15,629 bases of DNA from an archaeon (GCA_037147375.1 JBAWVI010000008.1:1-15629); one strand, 5' to 3'. Counted from the first letter of the stretch, positions 6,290 through 14,450 are shown. Notes: a model not told the origin generated them from the letters alone. A program made the numbers and translations.

Positions 6290-6472
6290 ATGAGAATTAA
6301 GAAAGTTACAGTAACAAAAGAAGATTTTGGAAAAACCATTAAAGAAATTTTGATTAATCTTGATATCAGTCCAGAGATAGTTCTTGTTAAGATCAATGGA
6401 ACATTTACTCCAATCTCTGAAATAATCACAAAGAAAACAGAGCTTGAGATATTACACGTAATTAAGTTTTAA
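6290..6472 (+). CDS. ThiS/MoaD/TtuB-like beta-grasp protein lacking the C-terminal Gly-Gly (60 aa)
   Basis: The length and pattern are typical of ThiS-family sulfur carriers: MRIKKVTV...LDISPEIVLVKINGTFTP......TELEILHVI. It ends ...HVIKF-stop instead of ...GG. It lies 12 nt upstream of the ttuA-like gene. The assignment is by pattern recall, not by search. Confidence 0.5.
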   Translation: MRIKKVTVTKEDFGKTIKEILINLDISPEIVLVKINGTFTPISEIITKKTELEILHVIKF

Positions 6473-6484
6473 ATCTAAGGATAA

Positions 6485-7453
6485 ATGGAAATAGTTATGG
6501 TTGTTAAATGTAATAAATGTAAGAATCCTGCTGTTATCTATCTTGCTTATGGTAAGCATGCTCTTTGCATTCATCACTTTAATGATTTCTTTGAAAAAAG
6601 ATTTAGAAAAACAATTAGAATGTATAACTTGGTGAAAAGCACAGATTATATTGGAGTTGCAACAAGTGGTGGAAAGGACTCTATGGTTCTTCTTTATCTC
6701 ATGAACCAAATTTATTCAAAATCTAAAATAAAGATATGCGCTTTGTTTGTGGATGAAGGAACTCCTGGTTACTCAAATAAAACAAAAGAAATTGTTGAAA
6801 GTTTTTGCAAGCAAGAAAAAATAAAACTAGTTTCTTCTTCTCATAAAAAAGAATTTGGGATCTCAACTTCTGAGATTGCTGAGAGATATAATAAGAAAGA
6901 AGGAACTTTATGTACTTATTGTGGAGTACTTAGACGAGATACATTAAACAGGCTCGCAGAAAAAGAAAAAGTTACAAAGGTTGCAACAGGACATAATCTT
7001 GATGATGAAGCACAAACAGTTCTCATGAACATGTTTAGTAATGATGCAATAAGATTATTTAGAACAGGGCCAATTGCAGGAATAATTGATCTTGGAGAGG
7101 AAATAAGACCAAGAATCAAACCATTTTATTTAACTCCAGAAAAAGAAATTGCAGCTTATGCTCTTTACAATAATATACCTTTCCATGATTGTAATTGTCC
7201 TTTCTTTTCAGAAGCAAAGAGAAATACTTTTAGAGCTTTCTTAAATGAAAGTGAAGTAAATTATCCAGGAAGTAAGTTTTCATTAATAAGATCATTCTTA
7301 AAGATTAAAGATGTAATTAGTATAGATAAGATAAAAACAAACAACCATGAAAAAAGTAAGATACGAAAATGTAAGATATGTAATAATGTATCAAGTCAAG
7401 ATATTTGTTCATCTTGTAGATTACTTAAAGAATTAAAAATAGGAAAATTATGA
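6485..7453 (+). CDS. ttuA: TtuA/NcsA (Ctu1/Ncs6)-family tRNA 2-thiouridine synthetase, PP-loop ATPase
   Basis: It has the PP-loop SGGKDS (aa 61-66), Fe-S ligand candidates CTYC (C143, C146) and DCNCP (C236/C238), and ATGHNLDDEAQT. The N-terminal zinc finger is CxxC...CxxH (C9, C12, C28, H31) and the C-terminal one is CxxC...CxxC (C296, C299, C308, C311). An alternative start at 6497 (MVVKC) is possible. Confidence 0.9.
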   Translation: MEIVMVVKCNKCKNPAVIYLAYGKHALCIHHFNDFFEKRFRKTIRMYNLVKSTDYIGVATSGGKDSMVLLYLMNQIYSKSKIKICALFVDEGTPGYSNKTKEIVESFCKQEKIKLVSSSHKKEFGISTSEIAERYNKKEGTLCTYCGVLRRDTLNRLAEKEKVTKVATGHNLDDEAQTVLMNMFSNDAIRLFRTGPIAGIIDLGEEIRPRIKPFYLTPEKEIAAYALYNNIPFHDCNCPFFSEAKRNTFRAFLNESEVNYPGSKFSLIRSFLKIKDVISIDKIKTNNHEKSKIRKCKICNNVSSQDICSSCRLLKELKIGKL

Positions 7454-8142
7454 AATTATTTTCATCAAAGGAAGCTAGAAATAAATTTTTAAAAGTCTTA
7501 ATCATTATAATCATAGTTCTTGCAATTACATATTATCTTGGATCACACTTGTTTACTTATTTTAAAGATGTTAATCATTCAAGAGAAACTATTCAATCAT
7601 TTGGGGTTTATGGACCTCTTATGATGATTGGTTTACTTGTTGTAATATTACTTCTTGCATTTATATCTCAAATGCCACTAATAATTGCAGGAGGATATGC
7701 TTTTGGTGCAATTCCAGCAACTGCTTATGCATTAATTGCTTTCTTTATTGGTGGAACAATTGCATTTTATTTAGCAAGATGGTTTGGAAGACCTTTTGTT
7801 AAAAGAATAATTACAAAAAGTGCAATGGAAAAATTTGATAATTATTCTGGATTAAGATTAGATATTACTTTATTTTCTTTATTTTTAGTTCCATTATTTC
7901 CTGATGCAATGTGTTATGTTGCTGGACTTACAAATATTAAATATAAAACATTTGTTCTAATTTCTGTACTTGGTAGACTTCCTGCTGTTCTTTTATTTGC
8001 ATTTGCTGGAAACTCACTTGCAAGTATGCATTATGTTCTTGGAATTATCTTGTTTGGAGTAATACTTGTTTGTGGAGCAATTATTTTAATATTTCAAAAA
8101 AGAATAGAAAATCATGTAGTTAGTCGTTTTGAGAAAAAATAA
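7450..8142 (+). CDS. TVP38/TMEM64 (DedA-superfamily, SNARE-associated) membrane protein
   Basis: It is a multi-TM protein with the family-typical PLIIAGGYAFG....FFIGGTIAFYLARWFGRPFVKR block. Its ATG overlaps the ttuA stop (ATGA at 7450..7453). Confidence 0.85.
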   Translation: MKLFSSKEARNKFLKVLIIIIIVLAITYYLGSHLFTYFKDVNHSRETIQSFGVYGPLMMIGLLVVILLLAFISQMPLIIAGGYAFGAIPATAYALIAFFIGGTIAFYLARWFGRPFVKRIITKSAMEKFDNYSGLRLDITLFSLFLVPLFPDAMCYVAGLTNIKYKTFVLISVLGRLPAVLLFAFAGNSLASMHYVLGIILFGVILVCGAIILIFQKRIENHVVSRFEKK

Positions 8143-8144
8143 GC

Positions 8145-8152
8145 TTATAAAA
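8145..8152 (+). promoter_or_regulatory. Candidate TATA box (TTATAAAA) upstream of tRNA-Val
   Basis: It is centred about 35 nt upstream of the mature tRNA 5' end, consistent with a TSS a few nt upstream of the tRNA (short leader). AT-rich context makes this weak. Confidence 0.3.
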
Positions 8153-8183
8153 ATCTTTCTAATCTATTCTTTCATATAAATCT

Positions 8184-8256
8184 GGTCTTGTAGTCTAGTG
8201 GTCATGACGTCACATTGACATTGTGGAGATCCCCAGTTCGAGCCTGGGCAGGACCA
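8184..8256 (+). tRNA. tRNA-Val (anticodon GAC), 73 nt, no intron, no encoded CCA
   Basis: A manual cloverleaf fold gives: acceptor GGTCTTG/CAGGACC (one G-U pair), D-arm GTC..GAC with AGTGGTCA loop, anticodon stem TCACA/TGTGG, loop TTGACAT (U33, GAC, A37). The variable loop is AGATC and the T-arm is CCCAG-TTCGAGC-CTGGG. The discriminator is A, followed by TTAG. Confidence 0.93.
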
Positions 8257-8339
8257 TTAGCCTTTCTTAAGAAGAAAGCCTAGGGAAAGAAACGCATAAA
8301 CCTTATCAAAAGTGAAGAATAATAAAGAGAAAATAATTT

Positions 8340-10004
8340 ATGGTAGATGATATTACACATACAAGTGAAGATACACTTGAAATTGATGAAGAAGAGTTTA
8401 AAGAACTTGGTAAATTTATTGAACTTAAAACCTTAGCAGGACCTCTTCGTTCAATTAAATACATTAATGAGTTTAGAGTAGCTTTAACTAATCCTATAAA
8501 AATACAAACAAAAATATTAAAAGAAATACTTAAAAAAAATAAAAAAACAAACTATGGTAGATTATATAATTTTTCTGGAATTAAAACAATTGAGGACTAT
8601 CAAAATCAAGTTCCAGTCATAACTTATGAAGATATTATTCCATTTATCCAAAAAATAAAAGATGGAGAACAGAACATACTTACAAAGGATAAAATACTTT
8701 TTCTTGCAACAACTTCAGGAACTACATCTTCTGTTAAGCTTATACCAGTAACAAAAGATAGAATGAAAAACTTCAAAAGAGAATTATATCTTTGGAGTGT
8801 GTATGTTCTTAAGGATCACACAAATGTACTTAAAGGTAAGACTTTATATTTTGCAGGACCATACATTGAAGGGAAAACAAGTGCTGGGATTATTTGTGGA
8901 AGTATATCTGGCTACCTAATCGCAAAAGCACCATGGTATATTAAAAGCAAAGTTGTTGTTCCTCCAGAAACATATAATATTTTTGATTTTGATAAAAAAA
9001 TCAAGGTTATTGCAATTAATGCACTTAAGAGTAACATAACTCAATTTGCATTTGCATCTCCAATTGAAGCTATTCTTTTTCTAGATTATATAGCTGAACA
9101 CAAAAACGAATTAATAGATGAACTTGAAAGAACAGGACTTGAAAAAAGAGTAAAGGAACTTAAAGAACTTTCTTCTTTTAAACCCACAAACATCTGGCCT
9201 AATCTTTGCTTAATAGGATGTATCAAGTCTAAATTTAATTTACATTATCTTGAAACTTTAAAAGAAAAGATAGGAAAGGATATAGAGATTAGAGATCCTG
9301 GCATATATGCTTCTGAAGGAAGATTATCACTTGGTCTTGAAAAAGAAGGGATTTCAGGAATAATTCCTGCACACGTAACTTTCTTTGAGTTCATTGAAAA
9401 GAAAGAAGATGGAAAAGATGGAGAACCAATTACTATTGATAAACTCGAATTTGAAAAAAATTATGAAGTAATAATTACAACAACTGAAGGACTTTATAGA
9501 TATAGAATGGGAGACATTGTAAAGGTTACTGGTTACAAACAAAAACTTCCATTAATTGAGTTTGTAGACAGAAATAATTATTTAAACATAGCAGGAGAAC
9601 TTGCACACGAAAATATTCTGATCTCAATCATGTACAAGGTTATTGAAGAAGTTGGAATTAAGATTAAATCATTTACGTTTATGCCTTATTCAAAAGATCC
9701 AAGCAAGAAGCCTAGATATGAAATATTAATTGAATTATTACAAGAAAGTAAGATAGATGATAAACTTGCAATTAATTTAAAAGAACTTCTTGATAAAACA
9801 CTAAAGGAATATATTTCTGATTATAGACAAATGAGAGAAGAATTTGGAAGATTAGATTCTCCAGTACTTTCAATTTTAAAACAAGGAAGTTATGATGAGT
9901 TTGATAAAAGAAGAACATGTACTGGTGGTCAACCAAAACCAATACATTTATCTAAAACAGAAAAATTCAGAGATAACTTTGAAATAATTAAAACATATGA
10001 GTGA
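8340..10004 (+). CDS. GH3-family (auxin-responsive-promoter family) adenylate-forming acyl-acid amido synthetase homolog
   Basis: Three GH3 signature blocks are present: LATTSGTTSSVKLIPVT (aa 122-138, compare SSGTTxGxxKxIP), GIYASEG (compare YxSSE), and TTTEGLYRYRMGDIVKVTGYKQKLPLIEFVDR (compare GLYRYRLGDVVxVxGFxNxxPxxxFxxR). The 554-aa size is typical. Confidence 0.87.
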   Translation: MVDDITHTSEDTLEIDEEEFKELGKFIELKTLAGPLRSIKYINEFRVALTNPIKIQTKILKEILKKNKKTNYGRLYNFSGIKTIEDYQNQVPVITYEDIIPFIQKIKDGEQNILTKDKILFLATTSGTTSSVKLIPVTKDRMKNFKRELYLWSVYVLKDHTNVLKGKTLYFAGPYIEGKTSAGIICGSISGYLIAKAPWYIKSKVVVPPETYNIFDFDKKIKVIAINALKSNITQFAFASPIEAILFLDYIAEHKNELIDELERTGLEKRVKELKELSSFKPTNIWPNLCLIGCIKSKFNLHYLETLKEKIGKDIEIRDPGIYASEGRLSLGLEKEGISGIIPAHVTFFEFIEKKEDGKDGEPITIDKLEFEKNYEVIITTTEGLYRYRMGDIVKVTGYKQKLPLIEFVDRNNYLNIAGELAHENILISIMYKVIEEVGIKIKSFTFMPYSKDPSKKPRYEILIELLQESKIDDKLAINLKELLDKTLKEYISDYRQMREEFGRLDSPVLSILKQGSYDEFDKRRTCTGGQPKPIHLSKTEKFRDNFEIIKTYE

Positions 10005-10016
10005 AATTGATTTATT

Positions 10017-11132
10017 ATGAAAATATTAAAACTTCCAAAAATTAATAAAAATAATTATAATAAATATTTCTCTAATGATTATGAGGAAGCAAAAGATAAG
10101 TTTATTACGCAAACCAAAGATAAAGGAATGGTCTTGTCTTCAGAAAAAATAGTTGATGGACTTACATGTGACATTGCAATTTCTGAAACTAAAAAAAAAA
10201 ATAAGCTTTTAATATTTGTTTCTGGAACGCATGGTATCGAGGGTTACGTTGGTTCTGCTTTTCAATTAATGTTTCTTGATAAATATTATGATAAAATAAA
10301 AGATAAAACATCAGTTTGCTTTATTCATTCTCTTAATCCTTATGGGTTTAAATATAATAGAAGAGTTAATGAAAACAATGTAGATATTAATAGGAATTTT
10401 TGTGAAGATTTTAAAAATATGCAAATTAATCCTAAAATTTTAGAAATAATTACAAAAAATAAGAACATATTTGATGCTGGAGTTCCAAGAAAAGGAAGAT
10501 TTTATGAAAATTATAAATTGTATACAACTATGCTTAAATCAGTAATTAAAAATGGAGTTGTACAAACAATTGAAGCTGGGGTTGTTGGTCAAAATCTTTA
10601 TCCAACAGGTGTAAACTACTCTGGAGTGTCTCAAGAAAAATCAAATCTTGTGTTTACAAACTTAATTTCAAAAATTACTGAAGGATATAATGAAGCTATA
10701 TTACTTGATCTTCACACAGGAATTGGAAGAAAATATGAAATGAGTGGATCTACGTATCATCCTAAGACTTCAGATGAATTTAAGATTTGTAATAAAATTA
10801 TACACACACTTGCAAGCCACACTGGAATTCACATTTATAACATCTATTCTCTTGGTAAAGATTTCTTGAAAATATCAAAAGCTAAAAAAAATTATGAGGT
10901 ACTTGTAGAATTTGGAACAATATCAGATATTTCAAGTGCATTATCCGCAAATTATTTAACACAACTCTTAGTTGTTGAAAATCAGATTACTTTTTTCGGA
11001 CCAAAGGAAAAATTAGAAAAAGTTAGAACTAAAATTAAGAAAGCGTACTATCCACAAGATATATTATATAAAATGTTTATATCTCGTCAAGTAAACAAGA
11101 TTGGAAAGAGATTATTAAAAATATATAATTAA
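10017..11132 (+). CDS. DUF2817-type, M14 carboxypeptidase / succinylglutamate desuccinylase-like zinc hydrolase
   Basis: The M14-like zinc and catalytic pattern is present: VSGTHGIEG (H72-x-x-E75), NPYGF..RRVNENNVDINRNF (aa 107-128), LLDLHTG (H233) and VLVEFGT (E298). The N-terminal FSNDYEEAKDKF resembles the DUF2817 N-terminus. It starts 12 nt after the GH3 stop on the same strand. Confidence 0.82.
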   Translation: MKILKLPKINKNNYNKYFSNDYEEAKDKFITQTKDKGMVLSSEKIVDGLTCDIAISETKKKNKLLIFVSGTHGIEGYVGSAFQLMFLDKYYDKIKDKTSVCFIHSLNPYGFKYNRRVNENNVDINRNFCEDFKNMQINPKILEIITKNKNIFDAGVPRKGRFYENYKLYTTMLKSVIKNGVVQTIEAGVVGQNLYPTGVNYSGVSQEKSNLVFTNLISKITEGYNEAILLDLHTGIGRKYEMSGSTYHPKTSDEFKICNKIIHTLASHTGIHIYNIYSLGKDFLKISKAKKNYEVLVEFGTISDISSALSANYLTQLLVVENQITFFGPKEKLEKVRTKIKKAYYPQDILYKMFISRQVNKIGKRLLKIYN

Positions 11133-11275
11133 ACTATATTTTCTCTATTATGATATATTTTACCTGGTGCTTTTTTTAATTCCTTGTTTGTTGGTTTTCC
11201 TTTTCTTGCAAGTCTATTTGGGTTTATAAGTTTTGGTCTTCTTGGTGGTGCCACACAAATCACATCCATAATCAT
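11129..11275 (-). CDS. Candidate small basic protein (48 aa), below the ORF-track length cut-off
   Basis: My hand translation of the reverse strand gives MIMDVICVAPPRRPKLINPNRLARKGKPTNKELKKAPGKIYHNRENIV-stop. It is Lys/Arg/Pro-rich and locally more GC-rich than the flanking spacer. It begins 52 nt downstream of the uvrB stop on the same strand, with TTTATATA and TATATAAT elements upstream. No SD is visible. It could be a chance ORF. Confidence 0.3.
   Translation of the reverse strand: MIMDVICVAPPRRPKLINPNRLARKGKPTNKELKKAPGKIYHNRENIV
11171..11177 (+). terminator. Oligo-T (T7) tract; candidate archaeal terminator for the GH3/M14 transcription unit
   Basis: It is the first T-run of 5 or more after the stop at 11132 (39 nt downstream). 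Archaeal RNAP commonly terminates at oligo-T tracts. It lies inside the candidate minus-strand small ORF, where it encodes Lys-Lys. Confidence 0.4.
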
Positions 11276-11327
11276 TTTTATTTTTATTTAATTATATACT
11301 ACTGATAAATGTATATAAACTAATCTT

Positions 11328-13259
11328 TTATGCTTTCCTTTTCTTAAGCTCTTCTATCTTATCTCTTATATTTATTGCAATCTCAAACTCAAGATCATCT
11401 GATGCTTTTTTCATTTCTTTCTCAAGTCCTTTTATAACCTTATCAATTTCTGCTTTTGGTATATGCTTAATATCCTTTATTTCAATTTCTTTATCAGGAA
11501 TTGGTTTAATTATTGTTTTTGGAGTAATCTTATTCTTCTTATTGTATTCTTGTTGTATCTTTCTTCTTCTATCTGTTTCAGAAATTGCAAACTTAATTGA
11601 ATCAGTCATCTTATCAGCATAAAGAATAACTTTTGATTCAGAGTTTCTTGCTGCTCTTCCAATTATTTGTATTAAGCTTCTTCCATCACGAAGGAAACCT
11701 TCTTTATCTGCATCAAGAATACCAATAAGCCCAACCTCTGGAATATCTATTCCTTCACGAAGAAGATTTATTCCTACAAGGCAATCAAACTTACCAAGTC
11801 TTAATTCTCTAATAATCTCACTTCTTTCTAAAGTGTTTATCTCTGAATGAAGATATCTTGTTTTTATTTTTTGCTCTGCAAGATATTCAGATAATTCCTC
11901 TGCAAGTTTTTTTGTAAGCGTTGTAACTAGAACACGGTGTCCAAGATTTATTGCATCATTTATTTCTGAAATTAAATGAGGAATCTGATTCTTTGTTTCA
12001 TGAATAAACAAAGGAGGATCAACAAGACCAGTTGGTCTAATTATTTGTTCAACAACTTGATTTGATCTCTTAAGTTCATATTCTGCTGGAGTTGCTGAAA
12101 CAAATATAACCTTATTCATAAACTCATTTTCAAATTCATTAAACTTGAGTGGTCTGTTGTCATATGCGGATGGTAAACGAAACCCATAATCAATTAATGT
12201 TTTCTTTCTTGAATGATCTCCAGCATACATTGCATGAAGTTGTGGAATTGATTGATGAGATTCATCAATTACAAGAAGAAAGTCGTCTGGAAAATAATCT
12301 ATAAGAGTTGATGGTCTTTTCCCTTCCCCTCTTCCTTCAAAGTGTCTAGAATAATTTTCTATGCCTGAACAAAAACCTGTTTCTTTAATCATTTCAAGAT
12401 CATACATAGTTCTTTGCTTTAGGCGCGCTGCTTCAAGAATCCCAAGCTCAGGAAGACGTTCATCCAATTCATCTCTTATTGATATTAATGCTTTATTCTT
12501 TTGTTCATCAGTAATTACAAAGTGACGAGCAGGAAACACAAAGAAAGATTTTGGTTTTGAAATTATATCTCCAGTAATCTTATCAAGCTCAAAAATTCTT
12601 TCAATCTTATCTCCAAACATTTCTATTCTAATTATATTCTGATAATAACCTGGAACAATATCAATTACATCTCCCTTAACTCTAAATCTTCCAGGAACAA
12701 GTTCAATATCATTTCTTTCAAATTGAATATTAATTAATTTTTTTAAAATATCTCTTCTAGATGTTTTTTGATTAACAGAAACTTCAAATCCTAGATTTTT
12801 AAAGTTCTCTGGAGAACCAAGACCATATATGCAAGAAACAGATGCAACAATGATTGTATCATTTCTAGATGTTACAGAAGCTGTTGCTGATAATCTAAGT
12901 TCTTCAATTTTTGCATTAATCTTTGTGTTTTTTTCAATATATAAATCTCTTTGAGGAACATAAGATTCTGGTTGATAATAATCATAATAAGAAACAAAGT
13001 ATTCAACTTTGTTTTCTGGGAAATATCCTTTAAGCTCATGATATAATTGAGCTGCAAGAGTTTTATTATGTGCAAGAATTAAGGTTGGTTTATTATGTGC
13101 AGCAATTACGTTTGCAATAGTGTATGATTTTCCTGAACCAGTAACTCCTAGAAGAGTTTGGGACTTATTTCCTTTTCCTAAGCCTTCTAATAATTGTTTA
13201 ATTGCCTTAGGTTGATCCCCAGCTGGTTTGTATGTTGAAACTAGTTTAAAAGAATTCAT
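11328..13259 (-). CDS. uvrB: Excinuclease ABC subunit B (UvrB)
   Basis: The N-terminus is FKLVSTYKPAGDQPKAI, followed by Walker A GVTGSGKS, DESH, helicase motifs (e.g. LVGINLLREGIDIPEV, QIIGRAARN) and the C-terminal UVR motif (LEFEIAINIRDKIEELKK). It is full length at 643 aa. Confidence 0.97.
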   Translation of the reverse strand: MNSFKLVSTYKPAGDQPKAIKQLLEGLGKGNKSQTLLGVTGSGKSYTIANVIAAHNKPTLILAHNKTLAAQLYHELKGYFPENKVEYFVSYYDYYQPESYVPQRDLYIEKNTKINAKIEELRLSATASVTSRNDTIIVASVSCIYGLGSPENFKNLGFEVSVNQKTSRRDILKKLINIQFERNDIELVPGRFRVKGDVIDIVPGYYQNIIRIEMFGDKIERIFELDKITGDIISKPKSFFVFPARHFVITDEQKNKALISIRDELDERLPELGILEAARLKQRTMYDLEMIKETGFCSGIENYSRHFEGRGEGKRPSTLIDYFPDDFLLVIDESHQSIPQLHAMYAGDHSRKKTLIDYGFRLPSAYDNRPLKFNEFENEFMNKVIFVSATPAEYELKRSNQVVEQIIRPTGLVDPPLFIHETKNQIPHLISEINDAINLGHRVLVTTLTKKLAEELSEYLAEQKIKTRYLHSEINTLERSEIIRELRLGKFDCLVGINLLREGIDIPEVGLIGILDADKEGFLRDGRSLIQIIGRAARNSESKVILYADKMTDSIKFAISETDRRRKIQQEYNKKNKITPKTIIKPIPDKEIEIKDIKHIPKAEIDKVIKGLEKEMKKASDDLEFEIAINIRDKIEELKKRKA

Positions 13260-13364
13260 ATATGTTCATATTAATTATGATTAATTCGTTTTTTAATTCC
13301 TTTTATAGATCTATTTTTAAATATAGATAGATATAAATTATTAATATAATAAAAGAGGATAATT

Positions 13365-14450
13365 ATGAATCATTCTATTATATTTATACTAATTTATATT
13401 GTAATAATAATTACATACTTTATTGCATCAACATACGCATTTAATAGACTCAAACATTACTTTTCTTTGAAATACAAACTAAAGTCATTTGTAATTTCAT
13501 TAATATTAAGTTTATTAATTCCTATAGGGATAATAATTCAAGAAACAATAGATACTGGATTTACAACTTTTATTTATAATGGCGCATTCTTAATCTTCAT
13601 ATTTGTTTTAGCACTCATAGTATTTACTATTGTTTTAGATATTATTAAATTAATTTTTAAAGATAAAGTTAAAAATTATGTTTGGGGAATTATTATATTA
13701 TCAATAACTATTTTGTTTACACTCGTTTCTTTTATTAATGCAATAAATTATAAAGAAATTAATGTTGATATTTATACTTCAAAAATAAACCAAGATACAA
13801 GGATTGTTCAGATAAGTGATGTTCATTTATTTGGTGTAGCTTCAGAAAATAGATTTAATAAAATATATACATCTATAATTTCGTTAAATCCAGATTTGAT
13901 TGTAATTACTGGAGATTTATTTGATACTCCAGGAACTATTCCTACAAATGCAATAAACATAATAAATGATTATAATATCCCTGTATACTTTGCTTATGGA
14001 AATCACGATATTATGTATGGAGAAGAAAAATCTAAAGAAATAATTGACAATACACACATGATTGCATTAAATAATGAAAAAATAATTAATAAAGAAAAAA
14101 ATATATCTATAATTGGTATTAAATACGCAAGAGATGTAGAAACAATAGGAAAAGTCTTACAAAAAATAGATGTTGACAAGAACGAATATAATATTCTTTT
14201 ATATCACGAACCAGTTGGCACAAAAGACGCAGTAAATAAAGGAATTGACCTTATGCTATCTGGTCATACACACGGCGGGCAAGTATTTCCATTAACTGCT
14301 TTGATTGGATTAATGTATGATTATGTTAAAGGAGAATATCTATTAGATAATATGACCTTGTATGTTAATCAAGGAACTGGACTTTGGGGTCCTAAGATGA
14401 GGCTTTCAACAAGAAGTGAAATTACAGTATTTAATATTAAGAAGGAATAA
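13365..14450 (+). CDS. Membrane-anchored calcineurin-like metallophosphoesterase (YkuE-like architecture)
   Basis: It has about 4 N-terminal TM helices, then the metallophosphoesterase motifs in order: QISDVHL, TGDLFD, GNHD, YHEP and SGHTHGGQ. GAGGA SD lies 5 nt upstream of the ATG. Confidence 0.88.
   Translation: MNHSIIFILIYIVIIITYFIASTYAFNRLKHYFSLKYKLKSFVISLILSLLIPIGIIIQETIDTGFTTFIYNGAFLIFIFVLALIVFTIVLDIIKLIFKDKVKNYVWGIIILSITILFTLVSFINAINYKEINVDIYTSKINQDTRIVQISDVHLFGVASENRFNKIYTSIISLNPDLIVITGDLFDTPGTIPTNAINIINDYNIPVYFAYGNHDIMYGEEKSKEIIDNTHMIALNNEKIINKEKNISIIGIKYARDVETIGKVLQKIDVDKNEYNILLYHEPVGTKDAVNKGIDLMLSGHTHGGQVFPLTALIGLMYDYVKGEYLLDNMTLYVNQGTGLWGPKMRLSTRSEITVFNIKKE

Noticed and set aside
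6452-6709. 85-aa minus-strand ORF overlapping the thiS-like end and the ttuA start
   Set aside because: It is antisense to the PP-loop region of a confidently identified gene, with no recognisable motifs.
6916-7119. 67-aa minus-strand ORF inside ttuA
   Set aside because: It is an antisense shadow ORF.
9354-9542. 62-aa minus-strand ORF inside the GH3 gene
   Set aside because: It is an antisense shadow with an F/I/S/N-rich low-complexity translation.
10191-10201. A11 homopolymer inside the M14-like gene (codons K59-K60-K61-N62), the longest homopolymer I noticed; considered as a slippage or phase-variation site
   Set aside because: The reading frame is intact and the tract encodes a plausible Lys run. 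A7-A8 runs are common throughout this AT-rich window, so the evidence for programmed slippage is insufficient.
8184-11327. tRNA-adjacent genomic island: the GH3 and M14-like genes sit directly 3' of a tRNA gene, a classic integration site
   Set aside because: There is no integrase or recombinase. I found no direct repeat of the tRNA 3' half (gttcgagcctgggcaggacc) in 11133..11327 or elsewhere in the window, and no visible compositional shift. A mobile element is therefore not supported.
12872-13075. 67-aa minus-strand ORF in an alternative frame within uvrB
   Set aside because: It is an out-of-frame overlap with a highly conserved part of uvrB. The translation is low-complexity, and I see no reason to invoke an overlapping gene.
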